Shown piece by piece: positions 50,201-59,569 of a stretch of DNA of 64,000 nt. The stretch is from Amoebophrya sp. A120 (taxonomy: Eukaryota; Protista; Dinoflagellata), in the NCBI GenBank assembly GCA_905178155.1, contig CAJINV010000010.1:3802587-3866586 (forward strand). Direction: 5' to 3'. Each line of letters starts with the position of its first letter. Positions within the stretch are counted from its first letter, which is position 1. The position numbers were made by a program, and so were the translations under genes. A model generated the notes under the pieces. That model was given only the letters and a program-made list of their open reading frames with translations, had not been told where the DNA came from and did not search any database.

Positions 50201-53200
50201 GAAGTCCAACTCCTGCTACGCGAAGAGGGCATTTGTAATGCGGGATAGGCATCGAGTTCGAGACGGCCTCAAAAAATCTGTGATGGTAGGGCGTACATCA
50301 CAGATCGATCGTGGCTGATGCGAAACGTGCATGACAAGTGGCATCCTGCCAGACCCAGACATATTTGCAATGCATAGGGCACGGAAAATTCAACTGTTGA
50401 GTTCGGAGTACACAAGGACGTTGCGGTTGTATGAAGAAACTTTACGACGAGCTCTGCAAGCGGAGGAGCGGAAAAAGTCCCCGCGGTATCATATGTAAAA
50501 ACGTTCCCACCCCATTGTCAAGTTGGGAACTTAGCAACACAAGTCCAGAAAGATCGGGACCGCGCATGACAAGTTGCAGGCCGTAGTGTAGTCGTGCATG
50601 GTACTTAGTAAGGACAACCGCATTACAAATCCATCTGCTTATCCTGTTTGCAGCATTACAAATTCCAAAACACGACTGGCAATACCTCTCACGGACGAGA
50701 TCATGCGCATTACAAATCTTCCTGTAATCGCAAATCTGCATGACAACTCGGGGGTGGGGATATTTTTACTCAGGATACGCGGCGGGATTTGTACAGTGCT
50801 GCAGCCATGTCGCAGATGACCATGAGCAGCATGAGTCCGAGAATCAGCACCCGGGGCGGGCCGGGCAGCACGAGAGGGAGCCACTATCAACTGTAAAAAT
50901 GTCTGGGTCTGGAAGAATCCAACTTGTCATGCGATTTTGGATTCTAAAAAAATCTGTATTGCATGAGCAGCAAAGAGAGTCCAAATTTTGCAGCACGGAA
51001 AGAGCATCTGTCATGCGGAATAGGCATCAGGAAGCCCTCTAAAAATCTGTGATGCTAGGGCATGCGTCACAGACTTGAGGAGTCACGCAAAATGTGCATG
51101 ACACACCCGGCAATCTTCCAGACCCAGACATTTTTGCATTTGATAGCCACCAGATTTCCACGATCACCGCCGGTGGGCACAGTATCAAATGCAAAAATGT
51201 CTGGGTCTGGATGGTTGTAGCTTGTAATGCTGTTTTTGAATTCTACAAATAATTTGTATTGCATGACCAGCAAAAGCAACAGGAGTCCAGTTAGTTTGTT
51301 CTACGCGGGGATGGCATTTCTCATGCGGAATAGGCAACATCAGGAAGGGTTCTAAAAATCTGTGAAGATGCTAGGTCATGCATCACAGACAATCACGGGT
51401 CATGCAGAATATGCATGACAAGCCGGGCAATCTTCCAGACCCCGACATTTTTGCATTTGATACGCGGCGAATTCGACCAATTTCCGCCCACGCCAAGCGG
51501 GAAAGCGAAAGTGTCGGGCATTGGGAAACTGGGGGTGGATCCGAGGGGGCAGGGGATGCATTTTATCAAATTCTCTATGGATTGTAAAAATGTCTGGGTC
51601 TGGAAACTTGTGATGCACGAAGTGGATGATAGCCGGACTGCAATACGCAGCCCAGCATGACATTTTTTTTGGCTGCAATGTCTTACGTATTCCGCATGGC
51701 AAACTGCGTTTTTGCATGACAGGTAAGAGGGCCTTTTCGTGCCTAGGCAACACAGATTCTCGAGTCATGCCAGACAAGCATGACAAACTTACATTCTTCC
51801 AGACCCAGACATTTTTGCATTTGATATTCTCCGACGAAAATCAAATGCTGTGCGGGTGGATGAGGTAAGATGAAGTAAAAAGTACTTACTTGCTCTCTTG
51901 ATGCGGCGCTGCTCTTTATAAATTAGTTGTAGTTCTAGTTGTGCTGCTGCTCTGTATGGCACGCGTCGTCCTTTGTCGTGCGTATACCACATGATGACAA
52001 CATCGCAATATCCTGAGTAAAAACGTACCCACACCAGAGTCAGGATGGGGATTTTGCAACACAAACCTAGGAGTTTTGTGAGTCACGCATGACAAGTCGC
52101 ACTCTGCAGTGTAGTGCAGGTTAGCAAGTGCAGCCGCATCACAGATTCATCTGCTCATCCTGTTCACAGCATCACAAATTCCGAAACACGATTGGAAATG
52201 GCTCTCATGCGGATGCGCATTACAAGTCTTCCTGTCTTTGCAAATCTGCATTACAACTCTGGCGTGGGTACGTTTTTACTCAGGATAGCAACTCAGGATC
52301 GTCGCCGCGACAAACGCTTTAACCGAACTGACCAACGCGGTGAAGTACAAGAAGGAACGACAGCGGCAACGCCTGTTAGACCTCGCGAAAAAAGTGGACC
52401 CCCGCGTGTGGATCATGATGCAAATCAAGGGCCGGGTGCTGCTGAAGCGAAGGAAAGCCACGATCTGCGCACAGGCGCTGCGGGCGTGGAAACCCTGGCG
52501 CTTTTTGTGGTTTATCCTGTGCAAAAGCATCGCGCTCGTAGGTACTAATCGCACTTTCTGCAAGACATTTTTCTTTTTTCAAAGCTGAATCAGCATAACA
52601 GACGCATTCCATTCCATTTGTCATGCTGAGCTAAATTTGTATTGCAATAGACTACGAGTGCGATATGTTTGCATCTCATATGGTTTTCGACGCACCGGTT
52701 TCTGGGGAGTTGTGTGAAGATCCAACATATCAAATGCAAACATATCTGGGTCTGGAAAGTTGTAATGGTAAAAGTGAATGATAGCTGCAATGCACTATTC
52801 AGCCGAGCATGACAAATTGTTGAGCTGCTACGTGTTGCGTATCTCGCATGGCAAACTGCATTTTTGCATGACAGGTAAGAGGGTCTTTTTGTGATTATGC
52901 GTCACAGATTCGTGCGTCATGTCAGACATGCATGACAAATGCCAGAATCTTCCAGACCCAGATCGATATTTGCATTTGATCCACCAGTGGTGGCGGGTGA
53001 ACTTCGCGTGGCACGAGAAGGCGTTCAAGCAGGTGTCTATCCAAGAAAAAAACGTTGTTAGTGCAAATTTGTGATGCGCAACATGCAAGATGATTGCGTC
53101 TGTCATGCTTGGCATGCGTCGCAGTGTCCATGAAAGGGCGTTTTCGCGTACTATCTGCGCATCACAGGTTTTTGCTGTCATGCGAGAGATATTTGTCATG

Positions 53201-56200
53201 CTGATCCTCCAAAAAAGGTGCACCTACAATGTTTTTTTCTTGCATAGTGTCGAAGCGGTTTCTAGTGTGGGAGAAGAAGTTTCTGGCGGAAAAAATCCGG
53301 CAGCAGGAATATGCCGCGAGGAAAGCGGATCAGCAGCGCGGGGGGTCCAAGGGGAGGGGAAACAAAACGGACCAAATCGCGGAAATGATGGCAAAAGCGG
53401 AAGCCAAGGCAAGAGCCAGCATGAGCATGGACGAGAAGACGGCGGTATAAGTAATGAAGTTTTTGAGCTTTTGTAACTTGCACCTGCTAAGCGTAAGCCT
53501 ACCAGCATACTGTAAGAGTACTTAAACTTACATTTTTGTGGTCCCAGGCACACTGCCCTGACAGAATCAATCCAAATTCAAACTCACCCAGGCTCTCCTG
53601 ATGGCACCCAAGGAACGTGATATCGAATGCAAATATGTCTGGGTCTGGAAGGTTGGAACTTGTGATGCTATCTTTGGACTCTACTAAAAAAATCTGTATT
53701 GCATGACCAACAAGACGAGGAGTCTAGTTTGTGCTACGCGGGGAGGGCGTTTGTCATGCGCAGTAGGCATCAGGAAGGGTTCTAAAAGTCTGTGATGGTA
53801 AGGCATGCATCACACACAATCCTGGGCCATGCAAAACATGCATGACAAGTCTCAGAATCTTCCAGGCCCAGACATTTTTGCGTTTGATACGTGAGGACTT
53901 CGTGCGAAAGGATCTGTACACGAGAAGATTCCTTGCAGTGCATGGCGAAGTATCCTGCGTAAAAACTACGCCCTCACCGCATAGTCAAGATGGGAAACCA
54001 GCTAGACAAATAAACAAGTTTTGGTTGTTCCGCATGACATGTTTGGCATTGTAGTGTAATGATCTTGTTTCTGTTTGCAGCTAGTTCAGCACCGTCTAAA
54101 AAGGTCTAAACTTATTATGCAGATCGGAGCGTCACAACTTCCCAAACACGAGGGCTAGAAAATGCATTTCATCATGGGGATCCGCATGAGAAACGTTCTC
54201 TTCATGCCGCTTTGCATCACAGCTATGGGGAGGTGTGGTCCCCGTTTTTACATAGGATACGAAGGGAGAGTTATGATTAACGAGTATCTGAAGAAACGAC
54301 GGGACTATTACGCCAGCAAGCAAGCGATGGTATAATTTTTCTTGCTATTATGAATTGCAAGAGTATCGTACTCGTATAAATGCATTACAAATTTCCTCAG
54401 CATGAGGAATGAAATTTGTAATGTGGATTTACCTTAAGAAAAGGACTTGTAATGCAAGACTTGCATTTATGCGAGTGCGATACTTTTGCACAGGATAGCT
54501 ATTCGTTTACGGTTTTTTTCGAGATGAACCAATATGATGCCGTGGCAGTTGTACTATCCCCGCGTCGCGCAGCTGCAACACTAGGAAGGGCTTGATTTTC
54601 GACGAGGTTGCTATTGGTTTTATCTTTGTGCGCATTTATTTTCATACACATCTTTCTACTATCATGACCATGACCATGACATTGAAAACTGAATTCTTTC
54701 ACGACAGAAATTCCTCGGGCAATCCTCCAAAGGCGTTTTAATCGTGCCCCTCCGGCCCTTCCTCCCAAGTTACCTCCTATCAACTGCAAAAATGTAGTCT
54801 TGGTCTGGAAACCTGTGATGCAAGGAAGGGAATGGTGAGCACAGCACTGTAATGCGCTGCCCAGTAGGACAAAATTTTTCGGTGCTTCTGAGTTGCGTAC
54901 TCCGCATGAGAAGCTGCGTTTTTGCATGACAGCCAAGAGGAGCTCTCCGCGGCGACGCAATACAGAATTCAGAGTCCTGCCAGGCTAGCATGACAGATCT
55001 CGCAATCTCCCAGACCCAGACATATTTGCATTTGATACCTGCCCCGCGAAGACCAAATCGCCGAATTAGTCTCGATATCCTGTGCAAAAGCATCTACTCG
55101 TACTAATTGCAATTATGCATGACAAATCTTGTCCTTAAGGTAAAACAGCATGACAAATTCGAGCTCTCACGCTAAGGAGATTTGTAATGCATTTATACGA
55201 ATACGATACTTTTGCACAGGATACTCGAACAGCATGAAGGCCCTCGCGGAACTGCGAAAAATGGGTCCCGCGGCCGCAAAGCTCGCGAAAGAGCGGGAAT
55301 CGGAAAGTTCCCGGTATGGAAAGAAAAAAGTTTGTTACAGTCACTGACTTGCAGGTTTTGCATGAGAAATTTTTCCAGCATCACTGGTTTTTCTTGTATT
55401 GCAGAAACACTAGGGAAATCCCATATGAAGCTTGGCTGTAATGCATTTTTACGCATGTGAATCGGTTCGAGAGTGTACCCCAGTTCGCGAACTAGTTCGC
55501 CAACGTTCCGGGCATACGAAAAAGAGCAGAACCATACATAGTTCTCGTAGCAAATCCCAAAAAAAAGAGCGGAAATAGGTTGAAAGCAATCTCGCTGAGC
55601 GGCAGAGCATATCTTGCAGGCACCATATGGCGCAAAAAGTATGTGCACGGGAGAAGGTTGGAGCAACACGAAGTGCGCAGAAACAGTGGTGCGCCGACGT
55701 GTGCAGGTGGAGCGCCGAATTGAGAAAAAACGAAATGCCTGAGGTGGGCCAAAAAAAGTAGTAAGAAAGCTGCAAAAGAGCAAAAAAAAAAGAAAAAGAC
55801 TGACAGAAAAAGCGGCCCGCGAGGAGGCGCAACAAAGGAGGCGAGCACCAAGGAACGGCGGAGCCCACACCGGGGCGCGGCGCGCGATCAAAGAAGCAGA
55901 AGGGCCACACGGCAGGCGCAAGCGACTCTTTTGGCGCGCGCGCGCGCGATTTTGGTTTGTGGGGCACGAAGGCCCACGACAGGCGCAAGCGGCTCTTTTG
56001 GCGCGCGCGCGCGCGATTTTGGTTTGTGGGGTTACGGTGGGACGGCTGGCGGCCACACGATTTCGGAACGGTGCTTCCGATGAATGGGCACGCGAAGACT
56101 GAAGCTGTGCGCGTGGCACTGGTTTCAAACAGAAAACGGGCGAACGCTAGGACCGATCGCAGTCGTGGCTGCTTTTTTCTGTAGTGACAGACTTGAGGCC

Positions 56201-58636
56201 TGTGGTTCCCATCACGGTGCGCGATGCTGTGCCGCAGCACCATCTAAAACGACGGCGCTGCGGCATTGCAGGTACAGACCCGAACCGGGGGTCAGGTAAT
56301 ACCTGACCCCCCGGGTCGAGTAAGTACCAGAGAGATCAGGAGCGTACCTTTGGGTCAGGAACGCCCCCCCTACTTCTTCCCCCACCCGCATATTTTTTTG
56401 GCGCTGAGCATATCAAATGCCCTGTTTGTTCTAGAATATTTAGGCCCCGGGGCGCTATTGAACTGGTAGGTACATTGTTGAACCGCGGGACCAGTTGAAC
56501 TGATACACATGGCAGAATATTTTGTATTGCAAAAATGCGCATGGGTGATCGTGACGAACTTTTTTTGTTTGATACCCGACCGACGACGACCAGTGGACAT
56601 TCCTCGCAGCAGAATACTATCAAATGCAAAAATGTCTGGGTCTGGAAGAATGCAACTTGTGATGCTCCCTTTGGATTCCAAAAAAATCTGTATTGCATGA
56701 CCAGCAAGAGGCGCCCAGTTTGTGCTACGCGGGGAGGGCATTTGTCATGCGGGATAGGCATCAGGAAGGCCTCCAGAAATATGTGATGCTAGATCATGCA
56801 TTACAGACATCCTGAGTCATGCAAAATATGCATGACAAAGACAAACTGGCAACCTTCCAGACCCAGACACTTTTACATTTGATAAATACTGGATCGAGAC
56901 CGCAAACGACAGGTGGATCTGGGGATCATGGAGATAACCATGAAAAAGACAATCAAGAACAATCTCAGCCCACCCTGCAGAGCCAGAAATCGCAGCAACT
57001 CGCGCTGCAAAACGCGAAGAAGATGCAGCTATGCTGTGCAGAAGTGATAAGTACTATTACTATATGATCGTAGTACGGTAGTAAGTACAAGTAGTACTTA
57101 CAGGACAAATTTCGAGTTCCTGGGCAGGAACCAAGAATCAGAATCAATTTGCGATGCTAAGTAAAAAATCAGAAAGAAGACCGGGAGAACTGTCATGCAG
57201 GTCTGCAAATACTACGTAGTACTATGAGTGTGATAGTACTTTTGTATTGCATAACGGCTTTCGGAAGAGGAAAAATCTTCCACGATCAGGGTCCTTGATG
57301 GCGGATTGCTACGCGTTGCAAATATGTCTGGGTCGTCGGGAACAGCCAAACTTGTGATGCTGCCTTTGGATGCTAAAAAAATCTGTATTGCATGAGCAGC
57401 AAGAGGAGTCAAAGAAATTTGGCTACGCGGAGTAGAGGGCATTTGTCATGCAGGATGCGCATTGGTAAGGGACCTGCTTTAATGCTATGGCATACATCAC
57501 AGACATCATGGATCATGGAAAATGTCCATGACAATCTTGTCCTCTTCCAGACCCTGACATATTTTCAGTTGATAACTGCGGTTGTTTAACGAGTTTGGAA
57601 AACAAGTTGTGAAGCAACCATATGGGATTCTCAAACGTTACATTCTCAACTGTTACATGATATGAGCCGCCAGACGATCAAGCTACCTCGCATGACAAAT
57701 CCCCGAATGGCCAATCAGCCCCTAAATCTGTGCCGAATTTGTGATGCGAGAGCTGCAAGCTTGCCCCTTTCACTGTTGCGGTTCTTGCATCACAAAGCCA
57801 TGCTACAGCTGAGAATGTAGTGTTTGAGAACGCCATAAACCAATCCCAGCGGCGGACGCGGAGATGTTTTTAACTCTCTCCATATCCTATGTAAAAACGT
57901 TCCCACGACCCCATAGTTGTCATGCAGGTTTGCAAGGACCACAGGAACATTTGTAATGCGCATCGACATGAGAAATTTGAATTTCTAGTCGTGTTTTGGC
58001 ATTTGTAATGCTGTAAACAGGATAAGGAGATGGAGTGCTGATGCGACTGTCCTTGCTAACCTGCACTGCAGTACAAAGACCAACTTGTCACTCATGGCTC
58101 CCAAATATTAAACTCCTGGGTTTGTGTTGCAGAGAGAGTTCGCATCTTGTTGACTATGGGGTGGGGACTTTTTTACTCAGGATACTCCAACCCCTTTTCC
58201 GGTGAGCGGGGGACGGACATCCACCGACTAGGGTCGCAGGTGAAAGAAGCGGCCATGCTGGCACCGGTAGGGATTGGGGCGGAGAAGAGTAATACGCATC
58301 GCAAATATCGTCCCTGGATGTCTGGAAGGATGCGAACTTGTGATGTGCATTTCACAACACACACAAAAAATCTCTCATGCAGAGGCAGCAAAAGATGCCC
58401 ATTTCTTGTCACCAAAATGGGGCGACATTTGTCATGCGGATTCGGCAATGCGAAAGCTTCTCGAAATCTGTGAAGATGCTAGGGCTTCCATGACAGACCT
58501 TCTGCGTCATGCAGAAACAGCATGACAAAAATCTGCACTCTTCCAGACCGGGACACTTTTGCATTTGATAAGTAACAGTGGGGCCATGTCGGTGGAGAAA
58601 CGAATCTCGATTCAGTCCGGGTTCACGGTGGGATGA
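41228..58636 (+). CDS. Large hypothetical protein with coiled-coil and IQ-like motif, more than 30 introner introns plus several GT-AG introns; internal 3.6-kb assembly duplication
   Basis: Removing each element plus TSD chains many short exons in one frame from MAASIPLPEF through SCVKIQQWWRVNF (IQ-like) and PFLPSYLPREDQIAELV to ...SGFTVG*. Junctions around 57050-57255 are uncertain. Confidence 0.7.
45927..46187. mobile_element. Introner family I (TIR TATAANCNGCTCAGGTGTT...CAATCTCAAACGTT)
   Basis: TSD TTATT. Possible relative at 57621-57837 (TSD AACCA). Confidence 0.8.
46216..53496. repeat. Tandem duplication 46216-49855 / 49857-53496 separated by a single N
   Basis: Offset 3641 with identical ORF sets; one difference noticed (A at 47367 versus C at 51008). 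Confidence 0.9.
46241..46412. mobile_element. Introner family H (about 170 bp; TIR TATNNNNNNAAAAAAGTTCGTCA)
   Basis: TSD TTGCA. An opposite-orientation relative at 55315-56574 carries a nested element. Confidence 0.82.
55458..56507. mobile_element. 1050-bp TG..CA element (solo-LTR or Ginger-like) nested in a family H introner
   Basis: Ends TGAATCGGTTC...GAACTGATACA (imperfect inverted repeat), flanked by CATG at 55454-55457 and 56508-56511; internal tandem repeat 55913-56031 and hairpin 56287-56312. Confidence 0.65.
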
Positions 58637-59030
58637 TTGTAGGGGGGATCGTGTTATGCACTGCAAAAGTATCGTACTCGTATTGCAATCATGCATTACA
58701 AATCTTCTTTTTCAGCTGCATCTGCATTACAGGTTTTTATTTCTCATGCTGAGGAAATTTGTAATGCATTTATACGAGTGCGATTCTTTTGCAGTTTATA
58801 GTTATACGTGTGGTCGTTCATCTTCTCTGGCGTAAAAAATTAAAATTTTACAAAATTGAGTTTAGCATCCTGTGTTTCAAATGTACCACCTATGAAATTC
58901 ATCTCTCTTCTCGAGTTTCGACGTAATCACGGTTTTCACAAGATAAAGCCTCAACTGTCTAGGTTCCTGTAGTTGTAATCAATCTAGACGGATAAGTACT
59001 GAAGTACTAAAACAACTGCTTTACTTAATA

Positions 59031-59076
59031 CTAGCCTCTTGACGCGGGCGTCCAGGACGCCCGCTGGGCTAGTAGA
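59031..59076 (-). mobile_element. Helitron-like 3' terminus (GC hairpin plus CTAG)
   Basis: Minus strand reads hairpin GCGGGCGTCC-T-GGACGCCCGC, 9 nt, CTAG, then T. Confidence 0.45.
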
Positions 59077-59569
59077 TTTAAAAATAATTCTAAAGGTGGT
59101 TATGTGTTTAGAAGGTTTGGCGTGGGGTCGAGTAGAATGCGGCTAGAAGGTTGAAAAGTATATATAACGCTGCCTGTCCCGAGGAAGATCGTTGCCGCGC
59201 CTGCGCTTGCCCTAGCGGCCTCGCCGCTTTAACGCCTTTTGCGGTCCGGCGTCCAGGACGCCGGCCCGCCGTCAGCCCTTTAGCCGCACGCGGCAAGCAA
59301 AGCGAGGGGGCCAGTTGCGAAGCTTATTCTGATCTGGGGCGGCTTCGGCGGCCGGCGTAAAGAAAACCCCCGCCCCTGGATGGGGATGGGACTCACGCTT
59401 CCGGGGGCTTGTTTGCGCGGTTTTGCCTCGCGCCCCCCCGCCCATGGCATGCACCAGAAGCCGAGGGGCAAAAGCGTGCGCGAGAAAAGTGGTTGAAGCC
59501 GGATAGGANNNNNNNNNNNNNNNNNNNNNNNNNNNNNNNNNNNNNNNCCGAGAGGCAAAAGCGTGCCCG

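Noticed and set aside
46216-53496. 3.64-kb internal exon duplication
   Set aside because: The copies are joined by a single N and are almost identical, typical of unmerged contig ends.
55193-56243. 311-aa and 264-aa minus-strand ORFs as a transposase
   Set aside because: They are low complexity, run through tandem repeats of the nested element and show no DDE, integrase or RT motifs.
524-58696. Recurrent short ORFs with 'MSGSG', 'CKNVWVWK', 'PDPDIF', 'FQTQT' and '[10 protein letters not shown]' as a protein family
   Set aside because: These are translations of introner TIRs in different frames, not genes.
33-58800. Tc1/mariner-type TA TSD interpretation of the elements
   Set aside because: A variable 5-bp duplication lies outside the TAT/ATA ends, and restoring the frame requires removing those 5 nt.
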